NCBI GenBank assembly: GCA_009859145.1
Contig: VRVR01000026.1
Span: 93,397-157,396 of the forward strand
Origin: Andalucia godoyi And28
Taxonomy: Eukaryota > Protista > Jakobida
DNA: 64,000 bases
Direction: 5' to 3'
Shown here piece by piece: positions 23,482 through 35,060 of the stretch; position 1 is the stretch's first letter; each line of letters begins with the position of its first letter. The notes under the pieces are model-generated. The model saw only the letters and a list, made by a program, of their open reading frames with translations. It did no database searches and had not been told where the DNA came from. Position numbers and translations under genes: made by a program.

Positions 23482-23734
23482 TGCTGAATTCGCCAGATCC
23501 GAGACACTGCTTTTAATCATTTCCCCTCACCTTTTCTGCTATTGCATCAACTACGATCTGCCAATGGAATCTGATCTTGAAGCACATCACTGCTCGTCCC
23601 GCAAACCAAAAACAGAAAACAAAAAACAACCCAATTTAAATTAATAACATTATTCACATAAAAAAGTTGTGATACAAACGACCAAATCATCATCACTCAA
23701 TCAGAAAACACCTGTGAAGTCGAGGATTGCACGC

Positions 23735-25016
23735 ATGTCGTCCGAGTCGCTTGATCTTGAGAAGGCCCTGAATGGCGCTGTGGCTGTTGCCCTTGAAGCC
23801 GGAAAGCTGATCAAGGAAGGATTTTACAAGCCAATTCAGATTCAAACAAAGGTTTGTTATTCTTCCTGCTGTTCTTGTTTCTTGTGTGTGTGTGTGTGTG
23901 TGTTTCATATCTTTCTCGCATTATATCTGTAAGTGTTGTGTTTATTCATTTTCTGATTTCCCCTCTGCCTCTCTTCTTTATTTTGACCTGTGTGTGCGTG
24001 TGTGGTGTGTGGTATTGGGCGTGATTGTTGTAGGATTCTGATGGAACTGATCTGGTGACGGCAACGGATCGAGCTTCAGAAGCTTTGATCTTCAGTTCTC
24101 TAGCCAAGCAGTTTCCACAGACTGCGTTTCTGGGCGAAGAGTCTGCAGAAGGAGATTACTCGGTTATCGAAGCTGCGATTCAGGGCTCGTTTGAAAAGTA
24201 CACTTGGGTGATCGATCCTCTCGACGGAACTTCCAACTTTTGCTGCCATTATCCACATTCTGCAGTTTCGATCGGGCTAATCAAGAACGGAAAGCCCTGC
24301 TTGGGCGTTATATACGACCCATTTCGTGAAGACCTGTTCACCGGCTGTGTGGGCAGAGGCTCCTTTCGCAACGGACGACCACTGGCTGTTGATTCGAAGT
24401 GTATGCATCTGAAGCAAGCACTTGTTTCCACCAATGTTCCTGCAGACCGGTCCGAGGATTCAACCGTATGCGTTTTCCGGCTTTTTTAATTATTTAAATT
24501 ACTTTGTGCATTTCATGGTCGAAGCATGTTTCCGTTGGTTTAGAAAACGCAAGAATGCGGAGCAACTAACAGAACCGTAGAGAAAAACCTGCGACCTGAT
24601 TTCGCGTCTTATGAGACTGCCGGTGCGTGGCGTCCGAATGCATGCATCGTGCGCTTTGGATTTGTGTTATCTGGCGGCTGGAGAACTTACATGCTACATT
24701 GAAGATGGCCCATGGCCCTGGGACACTGCTGCTGGTATGTCTCTTCTCTCATACTTCTCTCGCTCCAACATGTCTTTCTTGTGTCAAAGCAAAAAAACCT
24801 CTGATTGGTCTGTGTTCTCTGTTTTATTCGCATTATTGTTTTGTTTCTTTTGTTTCTGGTGGGTTCGGGATAGGGGCGGTTATTCTTACGGAAGCCGGGG
24901 GAGTGATTTACAGCCTTGACGGGTCCGAGTTCGATGTTGGTAAGCGAGGACTTCTTGCAGGCAACAACGCCGCAGTGTGCCGCGAGCTCTCCGAATGTGC
25001 ATTCCCGCGATTTTGA
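23735..25016 (+). CDS. IMPA: Inositol monophosphatase, four exons
   Basis: Exons 23735-23851, 24034-24465, 24581-24734 and 24874-25016, joined by GT-AG introns in compatible phase. Motifs DLVTATD, FLGEE, WVIDPLDGT, WDTAAG..ILTEAGG. Confidence 0.9.
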
Positions 25017-25200
25017 GGGGACGGGGACGGGCACGAGGGCAGGGACGGAGACGGGGACGCGAAGCAAAACAAATACGAATCGCACGACACAAAACAGCCT
25101 CTGCAAGAGATACTCGTAGTCACCACGCAAGTACGCCCAGAAGGAACGAGCGCGCGCACGAACGAGCGAAGCGAGCAAGAAGGAAATAATAAAGAAAAGT

Positions 25201-25863
25201 TTACAGAACAATGCGGTATGTGACGTATTTTCCGGCGGTTTCCGAGTCGCGGATGATCTTGACAACGTCGCCTCTTCGAAGGCCAAAGTACCGGCTTACA
25301 GGATCGACGACCTGCATTCTAGGGAGCTGAGAGTCTTTGAGTTTGTATCTCTTGAGCAGCGTAGCCTTCTGCTCGATGCTCAGAGGCTCGTGTTTGGGAA
25401 CGAGTTCATGGTGCGTAATGTTGACAAGCAGTTCCGACTCGGTGAACGTCTCAAATGTCATGTTCTTATCTGCAGCCCACACGGCCATCGCATTTCGAAC
25501 TTGTGCAGTCAGTGGCTTCGAAATCACAAACACCGCTCGCTGCACTCCCCCTTGCTCCATCTGCGACGCGTAATTCTTGAACATTTCCACCGAAAGCTCT
25601 CCAGGACTTCTTGTCGTTGACTCGGAATCCGGGAAAAACACGTTCAGCTTCTCGGACTCATCCGTCATGCGGAACGTGACAATCAAAAGCCGGCCACGCG
25701 AGATTCGGCGCACATCCGCTGCAATCGACTCTGAAAACTCGGCCGAAAACTGCTCTTTCGACATGCTGATTTGTTCGTCTTCAACTGCATACCCACGGTC
25801 TCGAAGCATCTCAAGACATGTTCGCCGAATGCGACGGAACCGCGAAATATCGTTCTCAAACAT
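25201..25863 (-). CDS. RPB5: RNA polymerase I/II/III shared subunit RPB5
   Basis: EMLRDRGY, ELLVNITHHELVPKH, QLPRMQVVDPVSRYFG, IIRDSETAGKYVTYR. True start MFEND at 25863. Confidence 0.96.
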   Translation of the reverse strand: MFENDISRFRRIRRTCLEMLRDRGYAVEDEQISMSKEQFSAEFSESIAADVRRISRGRLLIVTFRMTDESEKLNVFFPDSESTTRSPGELSVEMFKNYASQMEQGGVQRAVFVISKPLTAQVRNAMAVWAADKNMTFETFTESELLVNITHHELVPKHEPLSIEQKATLLKRYKLKDSQLPRMQVVDPVSRYFGLRRGDVVKIIRDSETAGKYVTYRIVL

Positions 25864-26378
25864 TCTCAACCAGAGACGTGCACCGAAGACCACGAAAATT
25901 GAAAAAACACGAAATAGAATAAATACAGACTGAAAAAAATGAAAAGGAAAAACTTTCCTTGGCTTTTTCAATTGGCAGAAAAGGGCGAAGTCATACGAGT
26001 CGGGGATTGTATTACGACAGGTTGCATGCATCGCCACAATGCTCTCTGAGCCTCGAGCCCCGTGCATCCCGGAACCTCCCCGGCGTTGCGGCAGGCAGGG
26101 AAATATCACGGGAGTCGGGGGCAGCGGCTTGTTTAGAAACGAACAGCACACGAGAGAAGAGTAAATGAGCATTTTGAGGAAATGCAGGTAGCAGAACGAG
26201 GGAATGACACACACACACACACACAACACACACAGACCAGAAATAATAAACATAAACATAAAAATAAAATCCAAATCTGATGGATACGCAGTATTTATTT
26301 GACCTTCGGGAGGGAAAAAAACAACAATAATAAAATGGACGCGATTACTGATACGAGATTGCTGCACTTCCAGTGTTG

Positions 26379-28130
26379 TTACAGAGAAGAATGTGCTGAT
26401 GGAGACGGCGGCAGGTTTCCGTTCGCAGAAGCTGGTGAGGATGCAGAAGAGCTCCGGACAGCCGCAAAGGACGGCGGTGCGGCAGAAGAAAGACTACTGA
26501 TGTGGCCCAGCAGCTGCGAGGAAGGCACCATGTGTCCAAATGATGGAATTGCAGAAGACAAGAACGGTTGCAATGTCACAGTGGGAGAGCCAACTGCTGG
26601 ATAATATACAGAGTGTGCAGGTGTGCTCACGTGGGGCATCGTAGTTGTTGTGGGGGAAGGAAGAATCGGCGCGGGAGTTGCAAATGCTCCAAGCGATTGC
26701 GAATGAGCCGCAGCTGCAAGAGAAGCACTCGAGATTGTTGCCGAAGTAGAAGAATTGGATATGGGCACGTTCGATGACGACGATGACGAGGAGGAGGAGG
26801 AGGAGGAGGAGGAGGAAGAGAAAAAAGAGGAGGATGCGGAAGAGGATGGCTGGATCGCTGCTAGCGAGCCAGATATCCCTGAAGAAGACGTGTTGTCGGG
26901 GAATGGGAACGGCTCGACTTGACCAGTGCGCTGACTTCGCATCTTGGTTCTGTATCTCTTCTTATTCGTCGCCTCATTCGGGGTCTTTTTCCGCGAAACC
27001 ACACGGAAATCATTCGAAACGAACGATATGGAAATAAAAGGAGGCTTCTGGTGATCGTGAGGAGGGTCCGCGGTAACGGAAACTCGGAACCGGACTGAGC
27101 TGTGGCCCGTGGAAAAGTCTAATCGAATTGCGGTGAGCACGACAACATTTCCTTGTGCTGCCGGATCGTACGCAAAGGCAAGATGCGACGCACCGAGCTT
27201 GGTTCGTGGAGAATACAACGTCACATCCAATGCACGAGACGGGTGGTCGCAGTCCACAACGTCAACTGTGATGGTGGACTTGACCTGATTCAGCGGTCTC
27301 AACATCGGAATTCGGAACGAATGGATAAACTGCCGATAGACAGGAGACGGAATCCGAGAATACCACAACGTCTGAGAATTGATGCGGCCGCGCTGCCACT
27401 GGATGCTCAAGAATCGAACCGGGAAATCATCCGAAATGCACTCCCACAGATTCTCTGAACTTCCCAAGCTCACTTCCGGCGCAGACGACGAAGCTGCCGT
27501 TGACAGTTGCGGGTGCAACTGAGAAGCTGGCAACATTGACAAAGATGAGGAAGACGACGACGATGAGGATGAGGATACTGCGGCTGACGATGATGAGGGC
27601 AATGAAGCAGACTGTACCAAAGATGACGAGGCAGCACTTGAATTACCGCTGAGGGGAGGTAAACCGGAAGCAGCGATTGCATTCGCGGACAAGGATTCAT
27701 GATCTGCTTCTAAAGAGATCGCATGCTGCTGTTGGAGCTGATGGTGATGGTGACAGTGATTGCTCTCATCTTCCATGTCGTCGTCGTCGTCTTCTTGCAA
27801 ATCCTCTTCACCGTCGTGATCTGCATCTGCAAGCATCGACATTGAACTCTCAACCACCAAACCCGAATGCGAAAATAAGTTCGGAACTGCAGAAAACGTG
27901 CCAAAACTTGATTGGGAGGGTTGCAAATGATCGTCACTCGAGCCCGCGGATTCCGCATCCGTCGGAATCAGCGACTGGTCTCCACTGTGATGCACGCTTG
28001 CAGACTGTACATGATTACTGTGCCTGCTGGCTGAAGAAGAAAAGGAAATTGCGGAAGGCACAGACGGAGGCGCAGCATTCGGCGATGCTTGCTGGACAAT
28101 TCGGAATGCAGACGGCGCATCCACAGCCAT
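26379..28130 (-). CDS. Putative transcription factor: S/H/Q-rich arms around a beta-rich domain with a basic NLS
   Basis: 583-aa ORF. Central domain ends IRLDFSTGHSSVRFRVSV...FVSNDFRVVSRKK, followed by KKRYRTKMR. Confidence 0.55.
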   Translation of the reverse strand: MAVDAPSAFRIVQQASPNAAPPSVPSAISFSSSASRHSNHVQSASVHHSGDQSLIPTDAESAGSSDDHLQPSQSSFGTFSAVPNLFSHSGLVVESSMSMLADADHDGEEDLQEDDDDDMEDESNHCHHHHQLQQQHAISLEADHESLSANAIAASGLPPLSGNSSAASSSLVQSASLPSSSSAAVSSSSSSSSSSSLSMLPASQLHPQLSTAASSSAPEVSLGSSENLWECISDDFPVRFLSIQWQRGRINSQTLWYSRIPSPVYRQFIHSFRIPMLRPLNQVKSTITVDVVDCDHPSRALDVTLYSPRTKLGASHLAFAYDPAAQGNVVVLTAIRLDFSTGHSSVRFRVSVTADPPHDHQKPPFISISFVSNDFRVVSRKKTPNEATNKKRYRTKMRSQRTGQVEPFPFPDNTSSSGISGSLAAIQPSSSASSSFFSSSSSSSSSSSSSSSSNVPISNSSTSATISSASLAAAAHSQSLGAFATPAPILPSPTTTTMPHVSTPAHSVYYPAVGSPTVTLQPFLSSAIPSFGHMVPSSQLLGHISSLSSAAPPSFAAVRSSSASSPASANGNLPPSPSAHSSL

Positions 28131-28632
28131 TTCCTATTACTTTGCGCTCTGTGGACGTCGACAAACTCCGGTTTTTTTCTTTTCTATTTTTTTTTTTTTT
28201 TTTTTTTGTCGTCGTCGTCGTTGCTATTATATTACAAAGTGCTTAATGGACGCCGTGCCTCGTTCTTTTTGTTCTCTTCGTTTTTGCGTCAAAAGATCTT
28301 TTGCATAATTTCTGGTTTTTCTCAAGCAAACACCGACATTTGAAATGAACTGAGAATGGCATTGGTTTTGTTCTGCTGTTCTTGTTTCGAAACTTCCGAT
28401 CTTTGGGGGTTTTGTGCTTTATTTGTACAAAGCTTCCCGCTTCCCCGAAGTCCGAAGTTCCCGTAAACACGGGCGTAGATGCGTCAATGTCTCTGCAGGA
28501 GTTGACAGCCGTCGACCTCCGACGGAAGGTGGCATTTATCATTATTTTTAATTTTTTAATTTTTACTACTTACCTTTTTTTTTTTTTGCTTTTGCTTTTG
28601 TTTTGTTGTTGTTGCAAGACGAAGAGGATCGA

Positions 28633-30996
28633 TCACAAGTCTTCGTTCTTGATGAACTCGCGCTCAAGACGGCCAGAGGCTGCATTGAAGCCCCATTGAG
28701 ACTGTCGCCGACCGAACGGCCAACGCTTTGCAAATGCAGAGTATCTGCCATCCTGGCCGCAGCAGTCCACCAGCGTTTCGGCATCTGCAACGGAACCCGA
28801 AACAAGGAACTGGGCAGCCAGAACTTCCGTATCGGAGACAGGCGAAGTGTGGATGTCGGTGTAGGAAACGAGCTGCATGTTGTCGTACAAAAGGTATTCG
28901 CAGTATCTGTGGGTGTCCAAAGGAGCAGAGTCCAAGAGGCCGGCGTTCCGGAGATTCGTGTATGGAACGCCTTGCATGGTGGACGTAATGTAAGAAAGAA
29001 ACACAATCTTCTCTCCACGCTCCTCGGCCAACATCACACGACGCGACATTTCCTCGCTTTGAAGCTTGAGATCCAGGACGTCCTCCGTGTTTCCAAAGTG
29101 GGTCAAGAAGACGCGAACATGGACGCCGCGCACGTCAATAAGAGCTTCAATCGCGGGAGCAATCTCACCCTCCGGAGAGGGAAGGACAAATTCGTCGTAC
29201 TCAATAAAAGGATACTTTGAATACAATTCGTTTCCGAATGAGGACAGCCTCGGATTTGGACCATGCAGGCCGTACATTCCCAGACGCTTCGAAAGGTGCT
29301 CCGTAGAATCACGGTTCGCGGAGTGCACACGGCAGTGCTCCGTTTCGATCAAACCCACCACATCAGCATCTACTGCGCGAATCATCTTTTCGATGTTGTC
29401 GTACGAGTACGAGCCAGCATCATCCATGGCCCAACGGACATTCCAGACCATTGTCGTAAGAACATTCTGGCCTGACGGATGTGGCGGCGGCACGGGCACG
29501 TGCGGCACGGACCAGTACACGGAATACGCAGACGAAAACACTACGCCGAACACCAAAATGCATGCACAAACCTGGCGAACAAAGTCTGCATACTTCGGTG
29601 ATGGCTTCCTGGAAATAAAGTTGAGCGCATCTTGCACTGCCCCAGTGAATGCATGGCTGGCATGCTGGTAGGAGCAAGAGAATGAACGAATGTCCAGCGC
29701 AGCAATGGCAGCGGAAGAAGCCGAGTGCAACGGATACAACAACCAGGCTGCAAGAGTGATCGGAACCCACGGGCATTCGCGAAGCAAATAGCCTCCTGGA
29801 ACAAATTTGTAAACAGACGAGTAAACGCCCATCAACATGCATGCCAAGTTGACAAACATCGCAGTGAAGAAGAAGATGCCGTGACGATTCACAGATGCCA
29901 CACATCGTTCAACGGCATATGGCCACACTGAAATCAAGTAGAACATGACGGGGACAGAACACAGCAGAGTGCAAATTCCATTGGGGACCCAATGGAAGAG
30001 AGTGGCGGGAATCGCGCACATGCAAAGATACCACGCAGTCAAGCCGGCGGAAGCGGTCGATGTCTTGGGGAAGCCACCGGGAGATACAGGAGACGGAGAA
30101 GACATCGGGGCAGTGGGGCTTCCACTGCCAACAGAAGCAGAAGCAGAAGCGCCGGACGAGAAAGGGTTCACGGGAAGCAGTGGTGCAAGGCATGCAAGCA
30201 AGAGGACAATTCCAGAATACGGATCCACAGGCAATGCAGCCGATCGAGGATGCACTGCAGTCTCTGTTGCAAAGAACGATGTAAGATACAGCAGGGAGCC
30301 GAAAGCGGCGCCAAGAACGACAGATGATTGTGGAGAGGACACAACGGGCAACGATCCCGCAGAAGAGTGCAAGATTGAGCTGAACACGGTCGATTCTGCA
30401 CCACACAGCAGCGCTCCAAAGCCAAAAATCAGTACCAATGCTGCGCCTCCCTTGGACACGTAAATGGGGGACAGCGATCCGTTCATTCTTCTCAATAGAA
30501 GCGTGATGATGAGGCCCATCACGATCGAATCGGTGGCCATCGCACGCTTATTGCGGTCCGAAACCAAAAATGCGGCTGCAAATCGATGGTAAAGAAGAGC
30601 AGCAAGCGCAATGGCAACTGTAACAAGCTTCGTTTCTGGCGTCCCGATGAACGGGGCAATGAATCCAAACACACCAATCATGAGCAGAACATGTTGTCTT
30701 GACAAAACCAGCTTTCGCACGGAGGAAAGCGACAGCGCAAACAAAGAAAGCGGGGACAAGAGAAACACTTCATATCCAGAAAAGTCCATCTGGACAACCG
30801 CAAAGAACCAAACAAGAGAAATCACTTCAGTGAACAACGTCCACATCATCGTCGATGCAAAGAGATCCAGCAAGAACCCAGCGCGCAACGCAGCGGCCGC
30901 GGATCCGGTCGAACCAATGGACGCAGAAGAAGACGACGACGACGACAACGATATTGCAGCAGCAGAAGACATTCCAGCAGAGAAGACAGGGTCCAT
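28633..30996 (-). CDS. CWH43: PGAP2-interacting protein / Cwh43-like (multi-TM plus C-terminal EEP-fold domain)
   Basis: Many TM helices, then TTMVWNVRWAMD...DADVVGLIETE, LSKRLGMY..GP, THFGN.ED..D..LQ, RYCEYLLY, SDTE. Confidence 0.85.
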   Translation of the reverse strand: MDPVFSAGMSSAAAISLSSSSSSSASIGSTGSAAAALRAGFLLDLFASTMMWTLFTEVISLVWFFAVVQMDFSGYEVFLLSPLSLFALSLSSVRKLVLSRQHVLLMIGVFGFIAPFIGTPETKLVTVAIALAALLYHRFAAAFLVSDRNKRAMATDSIVMGLIITLLLRRMNGSLSPIYVSKGGAALVLIFGFGALLCGAESTVFSSILHSSAGSLPVVSSPQSSVVLGAAFGSLLYLTSFFATETAVHPRSAALPVDPYSGIVLLLACLAPLLPVNPFSSGASASASVGSGSPTAPMSSPSPVSPGGFPKTSTASAGLTAWYLCMCAIPATLFHWVPNGICTLLCSVPVMFYLISVWPYAVERCVASVNRHGIFFFTAMFVNLACMLMGVYSSVYKFVPGGYLLRECPWVPITLAAWLLYPLHSASSAAIAALDIRSFSCSYQHASHAFTGAVQDALNFISRKPSPKYADFVRQVCACILVFGVVFSSAYSVYWSVPHVPVPPPHPSGQNVLTTMVWNVRWAMDDAGSYSYDNIEKMIRAVDADVVGLIETEHCRVHSANRDSTEHLSKRLGMYGLHGPNPRLSSFGNELYSKYPFIEYDEFVLPSPEGEIAPAIEALIDVRGVHVRVFLTHFGNTEDVLDLKLQSEEMSRRVMLAEERGEKIVFLSYITSTMQGVPYTNLRNAGLLDSAPLDTHRYCEYLLYDNMQLVSYTDIHTSPVSDTEVLAAQFLVSGSVADAETLVDCCGQDGRYSAFAKRWPFGRRQSQWGFNAASGRLEREFIKNEDL

Positions 30997-31789
30997 ATAA
31001 AGATTTCAAAAGATCAAATGGAAACTTGTGAAGAACAACACCCCACACAACAACACCTTCCAAGAGCAAACGTATTCAAAAAGAAGAAGAAGGGGGGAAA
31101 CTACCTCTACGTGAGGGGAGAGAAAGGACACAATGAAGAAACTCCCACTCTCGGGCTTTCAAACAAAACAAAAAACAAAAAAAAAGGAAATAAAGAGGAA
31201 ATAAACGAAAGAGAAAGCAGCACATGAAAAAATAACCAAAGGAAGAAAAAAACCAGAAAAAACCAAAGCCGAGACACGTGTGTGCATGCGTGTGTGAGTG
31301 GGGGAAGAGAGAGAGTGTGTGGCTCGGGTTCGCGGGAAAACTTTTTTCTTTTTTATTAATTTTCATAGGGATGACTACAGTAGATGTGTGTTGCATCAGC
31401 AACAACGCTCTCGAGCATCACGCGAGGCACCGCTTTCACTTACAGAGCCGTCGACACGGGTCGAATTTCGGCACACGTCTTTTTCTCGCCGCATCTTTTT
31501 TTCAATTTTGGGGTTTGCCGCACAATTGTGAATTGGGGATTTGTGGCAATAATAAAATGACCTTACCTGCACGAACCTCAAGAAGCTTACAATGCAGGAT
31601 CCTCTCTTATTATTGCTACTGATTTACTGCGTTTTCATCTCTTTATTTTCTTATTTATGGTTTGTGTTTGTGTTTATATAATAATAATAATAATAATAAT
31701 AATTGTTTTTAATTTCTTTTTTTGACTCTTCCTGCATATTCACGTTCTGTTTGTTGGGGATCTGAGGCTGGAAGGGAAGAGAAAGGAGA

Positions 31790-34465
31790 ATGGACGGAGT
31801 GAAGGAACGGGCGCTGCAGTGCAAGATTCTGATCATGAAGAACTACACGCTTCTTTGGCGTCGCAAGTTTTCGACGCTGTTGCAACTTGTGTTTCCTTCG
31901 TTTACGATTCTGCTGCTGTTTCTGTTTGCGCTGGGCATTGATCGGACGTACCCAGCCATCAAGAACCCTCCAATGGAGCAGCTCTCGTACTTGTACCCGT
32001 GCAAAGAAGGCCCGCAAGGATCGTGCTGCAAGCTTGTGTATGGTCCTGATGCGCCGTTTTCGACGGATCTGATGGTCTCGGTTGCATCGTCGCTTGGGTA
32101 TGGATCCATTGGGAATGTCTATCAAGGGTCCGGGACTCCGTCGTCGTCAAACATTAATGTCTTGGTCGGCTCGGACAACATGCAGAACATGTATGACTGG
32201 CTTCTGGGCAATGAAAACAGAACCACGGTTGCAGTCTGGTTCAATTCACGGACGTCCTACACGGTATTTTTCAATTCCACCTGGGAGTCGCCTTACGAAA
32301 TGATTCAGCAACCGTTGATGGTGCAGAGAGGAATCGACGAGGCGATCATTCGGAATGTTACGCAGACGCTGGATTTCCAGCTCAGGCAAGGTTACCGGGC
32401 TTTCCCGTCGCTCGAGGTGAAGCTGCAGGGCCAGGCAATCATCTCCGCCTTCTATGGTGCCCCGTTCTTCTACCTGTCGGTTGCGTTTTCGCTGATCTCC
32501 TTGATGAACTCCATTGTGAGCGAGAAGGAGGAACGGCTTCGATTCGGCATGAAAATTATGGGTCTCAAGGACTCTGTCTACTGGTGGACTTGGTTGTGGC
32601 ACGTAATGAGCATCAACTTTGTCTCCATCTTGATGATGATGGCGTTCGGGTACATCTTTGGACTTCGCTTCTTCACGCAGTCAAACTTCTTTGTGGTGTT
32701 CTTCATGTTCCTCTCCTTTCTGCTTGCACTCACGCCGTTGTCCTTCTTGCTGACGATCTTCATTTCACGTGCTCGATCTGCGAATGTCGTTGGGTTTGCA
32801 GCCGTCGTGTTTGGAATGTTCTTCATTCTGTTCTTTTCGAACGGTTCGAATGGGTATTCCTGGTATGATCCCAGCGGAATTCGACCGATCTTCTTGATCA
32901 TCTTCTACTTCTTCCCATTCTTCAATTTCTCGCGAATCTTCAACGACATCACATTGATCTCAGTGCAACAGCAGTATGATGACTCGAAAGGTGGGTATTC
33001 GAGTGGGGACGGATATTCCTGGTCGGATCTCTACAAGACGGATCTTCTGAAGAGCCAGTACTCTTGGACGATCCCGCCCACGGCAGATTCCTTCTATCTG
33101 TTGCTGTTCAACTTCGCCTTCTACTATGTGTTGACGTGGTATTTCGATAACACGATCCCGTCTGCAGATGGTGTTGCCCACCCTCCCTACTTTTTCTTGC
33201 TCCCATCGTATTGGTTCGGCGCCAAGAAGGCTTCCTCCAATGACATGAGGCGTCCGGAAATCATGGCGTTGAACCGGGCCCCGGTGGGAGAGACGGAAGA
33301 TGAAGATGTTGCACGGGAACGCCAGGCTGCATTCACGACCACGAATGAAACCCCGGGACTCCGCTTGCTTGGACTGGAAAAGTATTTCCAGGCGTCTGTG
33401 TTCCGTAAGGACCCGAAAAAGGACGTGTTCGCAGTTCGTGGAATGTCCTTGTCGATCCCGCAGGGTTCGCTCACTGCTTTACTGGGACACAATGGTGCCG
33501 GAAAAACAACTACAATTTCGATGTTGGTGGGATTATACCCGCCGTCTCGTGGCGCGGCCTACGTTTTCGGCCATTCTATTGAATCCGAGATCGACACAAT
33601 CCGTCGATTCATGGGTGTTTGCCCACAGCATGACATTTTGTGGGGCGAACTCACCGGCGCTGAGCACCTTCGAATGTTTGCTCAGTTCAAGAAACTCCCA
33701 AAGGAGAGGATTTCCCAGGAAGTCGAAGAACGCCTCCGAGATGTTGACCTGGATAAGGTTGGATACAAGGTGCCCGTGTCTGCATATTCTGGAGGAATGA
33801 AGCGTCGCTTGTCGGTTGCCATTTCAGCGATCGGAGATCCTCGCATCATTGTTCTCGATGAACCGACAACAGGTATGGACCCAGCATCGAAACGAAAAGT
33901 CTGGAAGCTGATCCACGAACTCAAAAAAGACCGCGTTGTGTTGTTGACTACGCATTCCATGGAGGAAGCGGATGCCCTGTCCGATCGAATCGCCATTATG
34001 GCGTTCGGTAGGTTGCGCTGCATTGGTGATGCAGTTCGTCTGAAGACGCGCTTTGGTGAAGGATATGCTGTGAATTTGGTCACGGATGAGGCCCGAGTTG
34101 GTCTTCTGAAAAGTCGCGTGACATCCCTTTGTCCGAACATGATTGCGAAATCGGACAATGCTGGAAATCTGTTGTTTGGTCTTCCGTTTGCGAAGCAAGC
34201 TGAATTGAAGCAGCTGTTCGAATGGATTGAGGCGGACGCCCTGGAAGGCGATAGGAAAGTCATCCGTGATTGGGGTCTCTCGTATACCACCCTCGAGGAA
34301 GTGTATTTGCGAGTCACTCACGATGCCAACTTTGGCTTTGGAGCAGACCAGGCAACAAATTCGATTGAAAACGCCACAAGAAGTGCGAATGCTGGTGCTA
34401 GACCGCAGACTGGTGCGATATACGTGTCCACTGCGAGCGGTGGCGGATATCACAGTGCCTCATAA
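31790..34465 (+). CDS. ABC transporter subfamily A (half-type), second paralog
   Basis: LIMKNYTLLWRRK, IVSEKEERLRFGMKIMGL, GHNGAGKT, GVCPQHD, YSGGMKRRLS, LDEPTTG, TTHSMEEA. Confidence 0.95.
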   Translation: MDGVKERALQCKILIMKNYTLLWRRKFSTLLQLVFPSFTILLLFLFALGIDRTYPAIKNPPMEQLSYLYPCKEGPQGSCCKLVYGPDAPFSTDLMVSVASSLGYGSIGNVYQGSGTPSSSNINVLVGSDNMQNMYDWLLGNENRTTVAVWFNSRTSYTVFFNSTWESPYEMIQQPLMVQRGIDEAIIRNVTQTLDFQLRQGYRAFPSLEVKLQGQAIISAFYGAPFFYLSVAFSLISLMNSIVSEKEERLRFGMKIMGLKDSVYWWTWLWHVMSINFVSILMMMAFGYIFGLRFFTQSNFFVVFFMFLSFLLALTPLSFLLTIFISRARSANVVGFAAVVFGMFFILFFSNGSNGYSWYDPSGIRPIFLIIFYFFPFFNFSRIFNDITLISVQQQYDDSKGGYSSGDGYSWSDLYKTDLLKSQYSWTIPPTADSFYLLLFNFAFYYVLTWYFDNTIPSADGVAHPPYFFLLPSYWFGAKKASSNDMRRPEIMALNRAPVGETEDEDVARERQAAFTTTNETPGLRLLGLEKYFQASVFRKDPKKDVFAVRGMSLSIPQGSLTALLGHNGAGKTTTISMLVGLYPPSRGAAYVFGHSIESEIDTIRRFMGVCPQHDILWGELTGAEHLRMFAQFKKLPKERISQEVEERLRDVDLDKVGYKVPVSAYSGGMKRRLSVAISAIGDPRIIVLDEPTTGMDPASKRKVWKLIHELKKDRVVLLTTHSMEEADALSDRIAIMAFGRLRCIGDAVRLKTRFGEGYAVNLVTDEARVGLLKSRVTSLCPNMIAKSDNAGNLLFGLPFAKQAELKQLFEWIEADALEGDRKVIRDWGLSYTTLEEVYLRVTHDANFGFGADQATNSIENATRSANAGARPQTGAIYVSTASGGGYHSAS

Positions 34466-34668
34466 TACAAATGGAGGACTCCCCAACAGTGTTTTAAAGA
34501 GAGGGGAAAAAGAAAAACAAGCTTGTAAATCAGATATTTCGATGTATCCAAATGAAGAGGGGGACAAAAAAGGGAAGAGAAAGGAGGGGGCGGAGGAGGA
34601 TGATGAAGCAAGAAAGAAGAAAAACACGAGCAAATCAAATTTTTTAATTATTAAAAATAAAAAATAAA

Positions 34669-35031
34669 CCATTGAATAATAACACGTTATTGTCATGCAT
34701 TCGGAAGTATACATGAACAGACACGGTCAATACTGGCTGACACTAGCACGTTGCTGTGACACAGGAATTCGTGCTTACGCGTAGCCATCTATCATCCGTT
34801 CAGCGCACTGCCAAGAGGCGAACTTCCAAGACACGATCTCGTATCTCCAGGTGCATCAATCGCTGCAACTGAGGACACGAAAGCGCCTGCTGCTAGGGCC
34901 GTCAGAATCAAAAAAATGCACCCTTCTCAGGAACAACGTGTCACGCTGAGAAGGTGGCTCACCGATTGATCGAGATTGAATATGCATGTCTGTTCGTAGA
35001 TATGCAGCATGTTCAGTGTATAATATAGGCG
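34669..35031 (+). mobile_element. IS607/Fanzor-derived element, family 1, copy C
   Basis: Both termini present. 34904-34957 encodes RIKKMHPSQEQRVTLRRW (TnpB/Fanzor N-terminal motif). Ends AGTGTATAATATAGGCG. Confidence 0.92.
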
Positions 35032-35060
35032 AGTATGTCCTCTGTTTTTATTATGTAGAC

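Noticed and set aside
25201-26367. 388-aa ORF-track version of RPB5 (and similar extended starts for RNase HII, MGMT, S53 and FYVE genes)
   Set aside because: The N-terminal extensions are AT-rich, promoter-like sequence; conserved domains start at downstream ATGs.
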